64,000 bases of DNA from Ignavibacteriota bacterium (GCA_026390735.1 JAPLFJ010000038.1:5062-69061); one strand, 5' to 3'; shown: positions 48,465 to 59,347, numbered from the stretch's first letter. The notes: a model not told the origin generated them from the sequence alone. Numbers and translations are program-made.

Positions 48465-48747
48465 ATTATAATTAATTAATTAAATTTTCAATTCAACATT
48501 GAATTTAGTTAAAAAAGCAGATTTTTTAAAGGGAAAAAGAATAATTAAATAGTTATTTATTTCAAAGAGTAAGGGAATAATCCAAATTCAGTAAATATTA
48601 GCAATCCGAATACAAAGAATTAAACGTAGAGAATAAATTTTGCTTTATAATCACTGAATCTGCAAAAAACATGTAAGTTTTATTGTTTATAGCATTTAAA
48701 GTTACTTCAATTTTGAGTAAATTACGGTTTGAAAGATTAAATTGTTA

Positions 48748-49611
48748 ATGAAAGTATTTAGCGAAAACCTTAAAATTTTACGTCTAAAAGGAAAGGATGT
48801 GCAGGATTTTCTGCAGAGAGTTTCCACGAGAGATTTCGGGAAGTTTGAGAATAATTCAGTACTCAGGACAGTATTTACCAGTGATAATGGCAGGATTGTA
48901 GATTTTATCTCCGTGTTGAAGTTTGAAGATGCGTATATTCTGGCGGGTTCATCAGGTAAAGAGGAGATATTAAGGGATTTCATGAACAAGTATATTGTTT
49001 CTGAAGACATTGAAATAGAGATTGTTAATTCAATAAAATATACATTAATTCCTGAGTTTGACAATGATTATGAGTTTATGGCCGGGTGCAATTATGTAGA
49101 GGGAAACTATTTTTACATTGACGACTACAGGTTCAGAAAGATTATAATACTGGGACTGAATGACAATTCGGATTTTATAAAACTTTTGCTTGAGCAGCCG
49201 GATTGGTTAGACAATGTTTCTTTTAAGGACATAGCGATTGAGAAGGGCTATCTTTATGACTCTATGGAACTGAATGAAGAAATAAACCCGCTTGAATGCG
49301 GACTGAAGGAATTTATTTCATTCAACAAAGGATGTTACATAGGACAGGAAGTAATCGGACGTATGGATTCACAGGGTAAAGTTTCGAAGGTGATGGTGAA
49401 GATAAATTCTGATTTTGCTTTGAAGGAAGGCGACAAGATATATTTCATGGAAGCGGGAATTGAGAATGAATGCGGATTTATAACGAGTGCTGGAAAATCA
49501 GCTTTTGATTATACAGGACTCGGGTTTATAAGGAGTATCAGTATGAATGAAGAATTTAAATATTATATAAATAATAATGCCGAATGCATTATTTTTACAA
49601 AACAAATTTAA
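48748..49611 (+). CDS. ygfZ: Folate-binding YgfZ/GcvT-fold protein
   Basis: The KGCYIGQE signature is near the expected position. ATG at 48748 is preferred over the track TTG at 48742. Confidence 0.65.
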   Translation: MKVFSENLKILRLKGKDVQDFLQRVSTRDFGKFENNSVLRTVFTSDNGRIVDFISVLKFEDAYILAGSSGKEEILRDFMNKYIVSEDIEIEIVNSIKYTLIPEFDNDYEFMAGCNYVEGNYFYIDDYRFRKIIILGLNDNSDFIKLLLEQPDWLDNVSFKDIAIEKGYLYDSMELNEEINPLECGLKEFISFNKGCYIGQEVIGRMDSQGKVSKVMVKINSDFALKEGDKIYFMEAGIENECGFITSAGKSAFDYTGLGFIRSISMNEEFKYYINNNAECIIFTKQI

Positions 49612-49623
49612 ATATTAAAACAA

Positions 49624-50688
49624 ATGATTGAGAAGATTAAAGAAATTATCGGGAAAGAGAATGAGGGTTTATTAACTCATAAATGCACAACCATACCGAA
49701 AGAGAATTTACATTTACCAGGAAGTGACTTTGTGGACAGAGTATGGAAAGATTCTGACAGAACACCGAATGTACTGAGAAATATGCAGACGATTTTCAAT
49801 TCAGGAAGACTTGGCAAGACAGGTTATGTTTCAATATTACCTGTTGACCAGGGAATTGAACACTCAGCAGGAGCTTCGTTTGCACCTGAACCAATTTATT
49901 TTGACCCGGGCAACATTGTTAAACTTGCTATAGAAGGCGGATGTAATGCAGTAGCTTCAACACTTGGCGTGCTTGGAGCTGTTTCAAGACAGTATGCACA
50001 TAAGATCCCTTTCATTTTAAAGATTAACCACAATGAATTCCTTTCGTATCCTAACAAATACGACCAGATAATGTTTGCGAATATCGATCAGGCATTTGAT
50101 ATGGGAGCGATTGCAGTAGGTGCGACTATATATTTCGGTTCGGACGAATCAGCAAGACAGATACAGGAAGTAACGGATGCATTCTCGTATGCACACGAAC
50201 TCGGAATGGTAACGATTCTCTGGTGCTACTTAAGGAATCCTGCATTCAACGTAAAGGGCGACAAAGATTATCACGTATCGGCAGACTTAACAGGGCAGGC
50301 AAATCATTTAGGCGTGACGATACAGGCAGACATCATAAAGCAGAAACTTCCTGAAAACAACGGCGGATACAATGCTTTGAAATTCGGAAAGACGCATAAA
50401 GATGTTTACACAAAATTATCATCGGACAATCCGATTGACTTAACAAGATATCAGGTAGCGAATTGCTATATGGGCAGAGCAGGATTAATCAATTCAGGCG
50501 GCGCATCGACAGGCAAGGGTGAATCTGATTTACAGGAAGCAGTAAAGACTGCAATCATAAACAAACGTGCAGGCGGAATGGGACTTATCTCAGGAAGAAA
50601 AGCATTTCAGAAGCCAATGGTAGAAGGAGTAAAGTTACTTAACGCCATTCAGGATGTTTATATAGACAAAGACGTAACAATTGCATAA
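49624..50688 (+). CDS. fbaB: Class I fructose-bisphosphate aldolase (DhnA/FbaB type)
   Basis: 354 aa, nearly collinear with E. coli FbaB as I recall it: [46 protein letters not shown] and [13 protein letters not shown]. Confidence 0.9.
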   Translation: MIEKIKEIIGKENEGLLTHKCTTIPKENLHLPGSDFVDRVWKDSDRTPNVLRNMQTIFNSGRLGKTGYVSILPVDQGIEHSAGASFAPEPIYFDPGNIVKLAIEGGCNAVASTLGVLGAVSRQYAHKIPFILKINHNEFLSYPNKYDQIMFANIDQAFDMGAIAVGATIYFGSDESARQIQEVTDAFSYAHELGMVTILWCYLRNPAFNVKGDKDYHVSADLTGQANHLGVTIQADIIKQKLPENNGGYNALKFGKTHKDVYTKLSSDNPIDLTRYQVANCYMGRAGLINSGGASTGKGESDLQEAVKTAIINKRAGGMGLISGRKAFQKPMVEGVKLLNAIQDVYIDKDVTIA

Positions 50689-50705
50689 TTAAATAAACCA
50701 AAAAA

Positions 50706-50807
50706 ATGAACAAACCAAAGAAAACAGCGATGAAGAAACACAAAAAGGCTAAGGCAAGAGTTAAGAAAGCCAAGAATGTTTTACTCGCAAACAAGAAAAC
50801 TAAATAG
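50706..50807 (+). CDS. Possible 33-aa highly basic peptide
   Basis: My reading is MNKPKKTAMKKHKKAKARVKKAKNVLLANKKTK. It lies between fbaB and a clear terminator and is below the track size cutoff. Confidence 0.3.
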   Translation: MNKPKKTAMKKHKKAKARVKKAKNVLLANKKTK

Positions 50808-50826
50808 TTTTCGGTTTAATATTTTA

Positions 50827-50857
50827 AACAAGGGGGCCTATGTCCCCTTGTTTTATT
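50827..50857 (+). terminator. Rho-independent terminator
   Basis: aacaagggg-gcctatgt-ccccttgtt followed by ttatt. Confidence 0.8.
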
Positions 50858-50873
50858 GTACAGACACCATTTA

Positions 50874-51773
50874 ATGAAAAAAGTTTTTATAATTCTATTT
50901 TTGATATTCACTGCGGCCTTTACTCCCATTGCAGCAAAGTTTACTGTATCTGAAATCTCACCACTGAGTTTAGCATTCCTTCGATTCGGGACGGCTACGA
51001 TACTTTTCAATCTACTGTTTAACTTCAAAAAGCAATCATACAAGTTTGACAGAGTTGACTTAAACAGGTTTCTGATACTTGGTGCTCTGGTAATCCCTAT
51101 AAATCAGTTTTTCTTTTTAAACGGAGTGAATCTATCCTTTGCATCACATTCGGGTGTTACGTATGCCTGCACTCCCCTTTTCGCATACTTCATTGCAATA
51201 AAGCTGAAGCACGAAAAGTTTTCGATGAAAAGATTAATACCGATACTGCTGACTATCTTCGGAATCTTCTTTGTGTTTTATGATGCAATAATAAAAAGCA
51301 AAACATCGGATTCAAACGTACTGCTCGGCGATATAATGCTTGTGTTTGCGGTACTTTCGTGGGCGGCGTATATAACTTTGAGTAAGGATTTAGTTTCGAA
51401 ATACGGTGCATTGAAAACGTCAACGATTGCTTTTTCGATGGGGATAGTGATGTACATTCCGATATTTCTGTATGATGTAAAAAATCTGACCTTTGATAAA
51501 CTGACGACATCGGGAATAATAGGATTCATACATCTGACATTTTTGGTAGCCTTTGCCGGATACTTTGTGTTTACTTATGCCTCAAAGCATATAAATGTAA
51601 CAGAATTAACCACAACAACGAATATATCGCCAATATTAACAATCGTTTTTTCTTGGGTTTTATTAAAAGAAGAAATATCTTATTTTTTCATGGTCGGTGC
51701 TTTAATAACTTTTGCAGGAGTATTCCTGTCTCAGTTTAAAGGTGAAGAGAAAACAGGAGAATTAATTAGATAA
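50874..51773 (+). CDS. EamA/DMT-family transporter
   Basis: About 10 TM with two EamA-like halves. ATG 50874 (MKKVFIILF) is preferred because the track start 50856 lies inside the terminator. Confidence 0.75.
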   Translation: MKKVFIILFLIFTAAFTPIAAKFTVSEISPLSLAFLRFGTATILFNLLFNFKKQSYKFDRVDLNRFLILGALVIPINQFFFLNGVNLSFASHSGVTYACTPLFAYFIAIKLKHEKFSMKRLIPILLTIFGIFFVFYDAIIKSKTSDSNVLLGDIMLVFAVLSWAAYITLSKDLVSKYGALKTSTIAFSMGIVMYIPIFLYDVKNLTFDKLTTSGIIGFIHLTFLVAFAGYFVFTYASKHINVTELTTTTNISPILTIVFSWVLLKEEISYFFMVGALITFAGVFLSQFKGEEKTGELIR

Positions 51774-53176
51774 TGGACAATATAATTGACAGGAATAATG
51801 CAAAGAAAATAAGAGTAGCAAATATATCTCTTATGGCTGCTTTGTTTATTGTATTGCTAAAAGCACTGGCGAGTTACATCAGCGGCAGTATTGGTGTGTT
51901 ATCTGAGTTATTTCATTCCTCTACCGACTTAATTGCAACGTTTGCAACAATTCTTTCTATAAGATATTCCACAAAACCGCCTGACAAAGACCACCACTAC
52001 GGTCACGAGAAGATGGAAAGTTTTTCTGCGTTATTTCAGGTATTTATACTTGTTCTGATGTGTGCATACCTGATTTATGAGTCAATAGACAGAATAATCA
52101 CACCAGTAGAGATAAAACTTAATTTATTCGTATTCGGAGCAATACTGATATGCGTGTTTATTGATATACACAGGTCAAGAGCATTAATGAAGGTAGCAAA
52201 AGAAACTCATTCCCAGGCACTTGAAGCAGATTCACTGCATTTTTCTTCAGATGTACTGAGTTCCATAGTAGTTTTAATCGGAATGGTTTTCAGTTATTTC
52301 AAATGGTTTCATCTTGCCGACCCCATAAGTGCACTTATAGTTTCAGTTATAATTATTTTCACTACTTTAGGTTTATCCAAAAAAGCTATAGGTTCACTGC
52401 TGGACAGAGTCCCTGACGGAATAGAAGAAGGTATAGCAGAAAAGATACTTTCGATAAAAGGAATTGAAGGAATTAAAAGTTTAAGATTAAGGGGAAGCGG
52501 CTCGAAGATATTTGTGGATGCGATAATACAGATAGGACGTACGAAGTCGTTCTCGATGACACACGATTTGATGGATATGGCAGAGAGACAGATAAAAGAA
52601 TCATTTCCGAATGTTGACGTGGTGATACACTCGGAACCGATTGAGACAGAAAGCGAAACGCTTAACGAGAAGATAAGGATGGTAGTGAATGATTCAGGGT
52701 TTAAATGTCACGATATATTTTCGCACAGGATTAAAGAAGAGATATTCAGCGAATTGCACGTGGAGATAGAGAATACAAATGATTTAATTAAGGCACACGA
52801 TGTCATTTCAGAACTTGAAGAAAAGATACTTGAGAAGATACCATTAATCAAGAAAGTAAAAATTCATCTTGATGAACCGAGCGAGATATTATTCGATACT
52901 ATAGACATTACAGAATTATCGAACGATTTAATTGATAACATAAGGAAGATACTGGATAAGGAAGAAAAGATAGAAGATTATGACGATATAAAAGTAGTTA
53001 ACAGTTCAGGAAAGATAAGAATATCACTGAATTGTTCATTCAAGCAGAATTTTACTTTTGACGAAGTTCACGATGTTGTTACCATACTCGAAAGCAAGAT
53101 ATATTTACACATAAAAGAGTTATACCCGAATTTAAGTAACGTGATTATACACGCAGAACCATCAAACAATATATAA
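51773..53176 (+). CDS. Cation diffusion facilitator transporter with three tandem cytoplasmic C-terminal domains
   Basis: 467 aa. TM2 HSSTDLIAT and TM5 HFSSDVLSS metal-site motifs. Three successive units end in VVIHSEP, VKIHLDEP and VIIHAEP. Confidence 0.85.
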   Translation: MDNIIDRNNAKKIRVANISLMAALFIVLLKALASYISGSIGVLSELFHSSTDLIATFATILSIRYSTKPPDKDHHYGHEKMESFSALFQVFILVLMCAYLIYESIDRIITPVEIKLNLFVFGAILICVFIDIHRSRALMKVAKETHSQALEADSLHFSSDVLSSIVVLIGMVFSYFKWFHLADPISALIVSVIIIFTTLGLSKKAIGSLLDRVPDGIEEGIAEKILSIKGIEGIKSLRLRGSGSKIFVDAIIQIGRTKSFSMTHDLMDMAERQIKESFPNVDVVIHSEPIETESETLNEKIRMVVNDSGFKCHDIFSHRIKEEIFSELHVEIENTNDLIKAHDVISELEEKILEKIPLIKKVKIHLDEPSEILFDTIDITELSNDLIDNIRKILDKEEKIEDYDDIKVVNSSGKIRISLNCSFKQNFTFDEVHDVVTILESKIYLHIKELYPNLSNVIIHAEPSNNI

Positions 53177-53177
53177 G

Positions 53178-54167
53178 ATGAAAATAAAAGCAGGTGTAAT
53201 AGGATGCGGGCATCTTGGAAAGTCACACATAAAGAATGTCAAGTATATTGAAGAAGAGAACAAAGATGTGAAGTTAACCGGTATTTATGATGTTAACACT
53301 GAAGAAGCAAATGGGTTAGCAGAAAAATATGGAATAAAGGCATACGGGACACTGGAAGAAATGCTGAATGAAGTGAATGCAGTTTTAATTGTGACTCCAA
53401 CAACCACACATTACGAAATAGCTAAAGAAACTTTAAAAAGAAATATACATACATTCATAGAGAAGCCTGTAACAGAAACATTGCAGGAAGCAGAAGATCT
53501 TGAAGTTTTGAAACAAGCAGGGACGATTGTACAGGTTGGACATATTGAAAGGTTTAACCCAGCTATACTAGCTGTTGAAAAGTATAACATCACTCCCCTG
53601 TTTATAGAGACTCACAGGCTGGCGCAGTTTAATCCGAGAGGCACAGATGTATCTGTAATAAAGGATTTAATGATACACGACATCGATATAATTTTAAATC
53701 TGGTGAAGTCGCGTGTGAAGTCGATAGAGGCGAACGGAGTTGGTGTTCTGACAGATACGATAGACATTGCGAATACAAGGTTGAACTTCGAGAATGGATG
53801 TGTTGCAAACATAACAGCTTCTAGGATATCACTGAATAAAATGAGGAAGATGAGAATATTTCAGAAGAATGCATATATATCTATAGACTTTTTAAACAAT
53901 ACAGCTGAGGTATTCAGGTTGTCTGAAGATTCGGATACTAACATATTTTCAATGCCGGTAAATTATAACGGTAAAGATTACAAGATTGTTTATGAAAAGC
54001 CCACTACGGATATTAAGAATGCGATGAGGTATGAAGAAGAGTTGTTCTTCAACAGCATACTGAACAATACAGAACCTGAAGTAACGCTGCGGGACGGTAA
54101 AGAAGCGATTGAAATAGCAAATAAGATTTTAGAAAAAATAGAAACTAACGGGAGTTTATTACAATAG
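53178..54167 (+). CDS. Gfo/Idh/MocA-family oxidoreductase
   Basis: 329 aa. N-terminal Rossmann KAGVIGCGHLGKSH and the FIEKP motif. Confidence 0.8.
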   Translation: MKIKAGVIGCGHLGKSHIKNVKYIEEENKDVKLTGIYDVNTEEANGLAEKYGIKAYGTLEEMLNEVNAVLIVTPTTTHYEIAKETLKRNIHTFIEKPVTETLQEAEDLEVLKQAGTIVQVGHIERFNPAILAVEKYNITPLFIETHRLAQFNPRGTDVSVIKDLMIHDIDIILNLVKSRVKSIEANGVGVLTDTIDIANTRLNFENGCVANITASRISLNKMRKMRIFQKNAYISIDFLNNTAEVFRLSEDSDTNIFSMPVNYNGKDYKIVYEKPTTDIKNAMRYEEELFFNSILNNTEPEVTLRDGKEAIEIANKILEKIETNGSLLQ

Positions 54168-55615
54168 TGGTTAAGAAATTTACAGAGGCAGAATTTAACG
54201 CAGGCATCATAAAAGAATTATCTGACTTTTCAATAAAGTCGAAAACAGATGCCTATGTAGTCGGTGGATACGTGAGAGATTTTCTTTTGGGAATAAACAA
54301 AGACGGTATAGACGTAGACATAATGGTAATAGGCGATGCAGTAAAGTTTGCAGAAAAGTTTGCAAAGAAGAAGAAAACAAAGTTAACTGCTGTTTATAAA
54401 AATTTCGGTACAGCTTTATTACAGCTTGATGACGTAAAACTTGAGTTTGCATCTTCGAGAGTAGAAAGTTATGACAGAAGTTCTAGAAAACCAACAGTGG
54501 AATTCGGTACTCTTGAAGAAGACTTATCGAGACGGGATTTTACGATAAATGCACTTGCAGTAGAATTACAGAACCCGACAACTGTAATAGATAATTACAA
54601 CGGACTTGAGGATTTAAAGCACAAGATGATACGCACTCCTCTTGAACCTGACAAGACTTTTTACGACGACCCATTGCGTATAATGAGGGCATTCAGGTTT
54701 GCATCAAAGTTACATTTCGCGATTGACCATGACACACTTAGCTCTATTTCAGTAAACTGTCAGAGACTGCACGAGGATGATGTGGTTTCACAGGAACGGA
54801 TTTCGAATGAGTTTATGCAGATATTGCAATCGACCAAACCAAGCATAGCACTGAATCTGATGTATCTGACAGGTGTTATGGATATAGTGTTCCCGGAGAT
54901 TTCAAAGATGGCAGGAATCGAACAGAGGAAAGATTATCATCACAAAGATGTTTTCTATCACACGCTTGAAGTTGTTGACAACATTACAGAGCTCACCGAA
55001 GACGTATGGTTAAGGTTTGCTGCACTGGTACATGATATTGCAAAACCAAAGACAAAGAAGTTTGTTGAAGGGATAGGATGGACTTTTCACGGTCACGAAG
55101 AACTTGGCGCAAGAATGATGAAGAAAGTTTTTGACAGGATGAGATTTCCTGCCGACAGAATGGCATACGTAGAGAAATTAATAAGGCTTCATTTGAGACC
55201 TGCTGCTCTTGCAAATCAGGAAGCAACTGATTCAGCAGTAAGAAGACTTGCGGCTGAAGCAGGAGAAGAGCTTGTTGACTTGTTTAAACTCTGCAGAGCG
55301 GATATTACATCAAAGAATCTGCAAAAGGTAAAGAGGTATGCGAATAACTTTAACATGGTTGAGAAAAGGATTATTGAAGTTCAGGAGAAGGACAACTTAA
55401 GGAATTTCCAGTCCCCCGTTAAGGGAGAAGAAATAATGCAGGTATGCAAAATAGAACCATCGAAACTTGTAGGAATGATAAAGAAGAAGATAGAAGAAGC
55501 GATATTAGACGGGATAATACCCAATGAATACGATGCGGCACACGAATACTTATACCTGATTAAAGACGAGACAATATTTAATTACACGAGGAAAATGAAA
55601 TTGCCCGCGAAATAA
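54167..55615 (+). CDS. CCA-adding enzyme / poly(A) polymerase family nucleotidyltransferase with HD domain
   Basis: 482 aa with GTG start. GGYVRD...DVDI pol-beta motif, RRDFTINA, DPLRIMRA, and HD region HHKDVFYHTLEV...HDIAKP. Confidence 0.8.
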   Translation: MVKKFTEAEFNAGIIKELSDFSIKSKTDAYVVGGYVRDFLLGINKDGIDVDIMVIGDAVKFAEKFAKKKKTKLTAVYKNFGTALLQLDDVKLEFASSRVESYDRSSRKPTVEFGTLEEDLSRRDFTINALAVELQNPTTVIDNYNGLEDLKHKMIRTPLEPDKTFYDDPLRIMRAFRFASKLHFAIDHDTLSSISVNCQRLHEDDVVSQERISNEFMQILQSTKPSIALNLMYLTGVMDIVFPEISKMAGIEQRKDYHHKDVFYHTLEVVDNITELTEDVWLRFAALVHDIAKPKTKKFVEGIGWTFHGHEELGARMMKKVFDRMRFPADRMAYVEKLIRLHLRPAALANQEATDSAVRRLAAEAGEELVDLFKLCRADITSKNLQKVKRYANNFNMVEKRIIEVQEKDNLRNFQSPVKGEEIMQVCKIEPSKLVGMIKKKIEEAILDGIIPNEYDAAHEYLYLIKDETIFNYTRKMKLPAK

Positions 55616-55629
55616 ATCACGGGCAATTT
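55598..55629. terminator. Hairpin between convergent genes (possible bidirectional terminator)
   Basis: aaattgcccg-cgaaataaatca-cgggcaattt, overlapping the stop codon of the plus-strand gene. Confidence 0.5.
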
Positions 55630-55640
55630 AGAAGTATATA

Positions 55641-56684
55641 TTATAAGAATTTTTTAAACAAAGATAGTATCCCCTGCTTCCAGGCAATCCTGTGAGTCAC
55701 ACCAGTTCCCTGCTGGATAGTGTGTTTATTTTCTAGATACCACTGATAAGAACGAATCAATGCATCTGCGTTTGAGAACTTTGGATTCCATCCGAGAACT
55801 TTCCGAGCTTTTTCGATTGATACGAAGGAATCAGTATCAGCAGTTCCGTAAATCCATTTGTACAACGGTGAAAGATTAAGGATTTCGAAGAAACGAAGCA
55901 CTGGTTTAATTAACCAGGCAGGTGTACCCATAACACGTGAACCTGTTTTAGCATAGTCACACATCGCACCCACATCTTCTTTAACAGTTTTAAACTCTTT
56001 TGCACCGACGTTGAAAGTATCGTTAATTTTTTCCTTAGGTAATGTTGCTGCGAGGTTTATAGCATCAACAAGGTCATCGACTTCAAACAACTGATAGCGG
56101 TTTTTACCGTTACCGATGATAGGTATTTTGACACCTGATTCCACCCAATCGTAAAGAATCTGGAATACACCAAGACGAGCTGTACCGATGAAACTCTTTG
56201 GCCTGAGAATACAAATTGCTAAACCTTTCTTTCTGTACTCTTCGCAGATTTCTTCAGCCATGATTTTAGATTTTCCGTATGGACCTACTCCAACACGTGC
56301 ATTAGTCTCATAGAGAGGATGTTCTTTCGGAACACCGTAAACTGATGTAGAAGAAATGAATATTAATCTGTCAGCATTATTCTTTAAAGCCGCTTCACAA
56401 ACTTTACGCATACCTTCGACGTTAGTCTCGAAGATATCTTTTTTACTCCAGAGAGGTAATGCTGCTGCGCAGTGGATGACAACTTTAGCATCTTTTGTGA
56501 TGTCGAACATCTGATTCTGGTCACGAACATCACCATAGATGAGGTTTATTTCAGGATTGTAATCTTCTTTCGGGAAATCTGCTATATCGAAGAAGACAGA
56601 TTCTTTATAATCTGTGATTTCTTTAATCTTTGTGCCGATATGATAGCCAAGAAATCCGGCACCACCTGTAACTACTACTTTCAT
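55641..56684 (-). CDS. NAD-dependent epimerase/dehydratase (extended SDR)
   Basis: 347 aa. VTGGAGFLG and YGKSK (YxxxK). Confidence 0.8.
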   Translation of the reverse strand: MKVVVTGGAGFLGYHIGTKIKEITDYKESVFFDIADFPKEDYNPEINLIYGDVRDQNQMFDITKDAKVVIHCAAALPLWSKKDIFETNVEGMRKVCEAALKNNADRLIFISSTSVYGVPKEHPLYETNARVGVGPYGKSKIMAEEICEEYRKKGLAICILRPKSFIGTARLGVFQILYDWVESGVKIPIIGNGKNRYQLFEVDDLVDAINLAATLPKEKINDTFNVGAKEFKTVKEDVGAMCDYAKTGSRVMGTPAWLIKPVLRFFEILNLSPLYKWIYGTADTDSFVSIEKARKVLGWNPKFSNADALIRSYQWYLENKHTIQQGTGVTHRIAWKQGILSLFKKFL

Positions 56685-56712
56685 AATATATGTTTAGTTT
56701 TAATTTATTGTA

Positions 56713-57429
56713 TTAATTGAATCCCATTTTAATGATTGAGGGATTTGTATCATTTAGATTGTAAATCACGTCAGCCATATCTTCCGACTTAACCCAGTTT
56801 TTAATATCTGCTTCTGTTCCCCATTCTCTGTTTGATGGAGTCTCAATAACAGTCGGAACTATTGAATAACATTTTATATTATCCTTAGAGAATTCCAGAT
56901 TTATAGTTTCCATTAGGTTTATAACCGCTGATTTAGAGACTGAGTACGGCAATATCCCTGCAGTAGGTTCAAGTCCCGGCTTTGCAGCGATAGAAACTAT
57001 TCTGCCTGATTTATTATTCAGCATTACTTTCAGAACTTCCCTTGAGAACCAGAGAGTAGTTTTAAAATTAAGGTTGAACAATTCATCGAAATCTTTTGTA
57101 GATATTTCATTTGTGTTAACGGGTGGACGATAACCGCCGACGGTGTTTATAAGAACACCAATATTACCTTTTTCGAGTGCTGCAACTTTCTGAACGAATT
57201 CAACTACTGATTCTTCATTGAGAACCTCGCAATCGAATGCGTATATTTTCCTGAGAGAGAAACTTGAATCATCATCCTGAGAATTATCAAAGACAGACAT
57301 AAACTTCTTCAGAGAAGAGACAGGGATATAAACTTTCCAGCCAGCCTTTGCATATTTATCTACGATGAATCTTCCGAGAGCACCTGTACCGCCTGTTATT
57401 ATTGCAACTTTATCATTCATACTAGACAA
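56713..57429 (-). CDS. Short-chain dehydrogenase/reductase
   Basis: 238 aa. ITGGTGALG and YSVSK (YxxxK). Confidence 0.8.
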   Translation of the reverse strand: MSSMNDKVAIITGGTGALGRFIVDKYAKAGWKVYIPVSSLKKFMSVFDNSQDDDSSFSLRKIYAFDCEVLNEESVVEFVQKVAALEKGNIGVLINTVGGYRPPVNTNEISTKDFDELFNLNFKTTLWFSREVLKVMLNNKSGRIVSIAAKPGLEPTAGILPYSVSKSAVINLMETINLEFSKDNIKCYSIVPTVIETPSNREWGTEADIKNWVKSEDMADVIYNLNDTNPSIIKMGFN

Positions 57430-58601
57430 ATCTTTCCCAGTATGGCATTTTTCTTTGCGCCTGTTACTGATTTAAGGTTAGTTGTGTTACCGTTCAGAGT
57501 TTCGTTAGCGAGAAGAGCAAATAAAACTGCTTCCTTGTTTGAAGTTGTTATGCCGCCTGAGTTAACTTGAGTAACAGTTGCGTTTGGCAGATTGTTTTTA
57601 AGGCCGTCCATAATCAGACAATTCGATGCACCGCCGCCACTTACAAGTAATTCGAACTTATTATTTTTGAGTTTAAGTAAACGCTTAATATTTCCAGAAA
57701 CTGAATAAGAAGTATATTCAGTGAATGTACGGAGAATGTTTTCCTTTGGTTCAGACTTATAGTTTTTAAGTATTGAATCGACGAATGATTTATGGTACAA
57801 TTCCCTTCCGGTAGATTTAGGATATTTCTTAAGAAGGAAAGTATCTTTCTTTTTAATTTCTGACAATAACTTTTTGCTGATTGTTCCTTTCTTAGAAATT
57901 CTGCAATCTTTATCGAATGATTTTGAGTAGAACTTCTGAGAGAGATAATCAATCATCATATTTCCCGGACCTGTATCGAAAGCTACGACATCACTGAATT
58001 TACATTTTGCAGGAAGACAAGTAAGGTTAGAGATACCACCTATATTCAGGAGTATTCTGTCAGTTTTATTGCTGCGGAACATAACAAAGTCAAGATAAGG
58101 CACGAGTGGAGCTCCGCCACCATCATGGGCTACATCGGCAGTACGGAAATCCCCTATTGTGATAATACCGGTCTGGTTTGCGATGACAGAAGGGTCGCCG
58201 ATTTGCAGTGTCGATTTATATTTAATGCCATTGAATTTTTCGGTTAACGGTAAATGATGGATAGTTTGTCCGTGCGAGCCTATAGCATCAACCTTTTTTG
58301 CACTTATATCTTTTTGTTTAAGAAATTTGTTGATACAAGCTGCGTAGAACTTACCAAGAATGAAATTCAGGCGGCAGACATCATCAACTGAGCCTGATTC
58401 TTTATGACTAACCTTGAAAACAAATTCTTTTATACCTGCAGGTATTTTATACTCTTTGTACTCAAGAACTTTAAGAGATACATTTTCACCTTTGCCTTTG
58501 AATTTTATAAGAGCAATATCGACTGCGTCAACGGATGTTCCGGAAAGGACACCTATGACGAGCCGTTCAGATTTATTCAGTATTTTGTGTAAATTAGTCA
58601 T
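57417..58601 (-). CDS. anmK: Anhydro-N-acetylmuramic acid kinase
   Basis: 394 aa. GVLSGTSVDAVDIAL, GSHGQTI, NIGGISN and DTGPGN motifs. Confidence 0.85.
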   Translation of the reverse strand: MTNLHKILNKSERLVIGVLSGTSVDAVDIALIKFKGKGENVSLKVLEYKEYKIPAGIKEFVFKVSHKESGSVDDVCRLNFILGKFYAACINKFLKQKDISAKKVDAIGSHGQTIHHLPLTEKFNGIKYKSTLQIGDPSVIANQTGIITIGDFRTADVAHDGGGAPLVPYLDFVMFRSNKTDRILLNIGGISNLTCLPAKCKFSDVVAFDTGPGNMMIDYLSQKFYSKSFDKDCRISKKGTISKKLLSEIKKKDTFLLKKYPKSTGRELYHKSFVDSILKNYKSEPKENILRTFTEYTSYSVSGNIKRLLKLKNNKFELLVSGGGASNCLIMDGLKNNLPNATVTQVNSGGITTSNKEAVLFALLANETLNGNTTNLKSVTGAKKNAILGKICLV

Positions 58602-58654
58602 CAGAGATGCAAATATACTCTTTATGTCAACAATTTTCTATGAAGGAAAAAGTC

Positions 58655-59347
58655 CTACGTTTGAATAATATCAGATGCTATTGCAAATGAATCCGAATGC
58701 AAATAAGGTTTTACATCTGTTTTTGTGATTGCTGTATATACAATTGCTTTAGTAAATTCAGCGACATATTGTTTCTGTATGGAATCGAATTCTGCGGTTA
58801 CGTTTATAAAATCTGTGATATTTTCAGGCAGATATTTACCGACAGCTGCTGCGAAAGGAAACAATTCTTCTTTCAAATTCTGCTTTTGGTCAAAAAGTGC
58901 AACAACAAAATTTGCAGTAAAGGACTGACCAACATATTCCTTAGTACGTTCATTAAGTTTGATGTCCAGACTTACAGAATTCTCAGCAAGAACCAGATTT
59001 TGAGTATTGAAACCAAACCCGCCCGGAGAAATGCGATTATTCAAGGAAGGTTCTGCATCAGCAAGCAATTTGATGTTAAAACTTAGAATCTTAGTATAAG
59101 CACTTCTTCCGTTCACTTTTGACGCCTTCCAGATATCACGAAGTTCAGGTAAGGAATTAACTGCTCTAGAGAACTTTACCACTTTATTGAAATTAGCCCT
59201 ATTTTTAGCGCAGTTAGCTGATTTACTTATAGTATTAAATCCCTTATGTGTGGAGATAAAAACCTTACCATTTTTATGATATTTGAAGACTAAATCCCCT
59301 ACTTTACCCGAAGTTGAGCCAAGGACTCTCTTTAATAGTTCAGCCAT
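58655..59347 (-). CDS. Hypothetical protein (230 aa)
   Basis: Long ORF with no signal peptide and no motif recognised. The plus-strand ORFs inside it are shadows. Confidence 0.5.
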   Translation of the reverse strand: MAELLKRVLGSTSGKVGDLVFKYHKNGKVFISTHKGFNTISKSANCAKNRANFNKVVKFSRAVNSLPELRDIWKASKVNGRSAYTKILSFNIKLLADAEPSLNNRISPGGFGFNTQNLVLAENSVSLDIKLNERTKEYVGQSFTANFVVALFDQKQNLKEELFPFAAAVGKYLPENITDFINVTAEFDSIQKQYVAEFTKAIVYTAITKTDVKPYLHSDSFAIASDIIQT

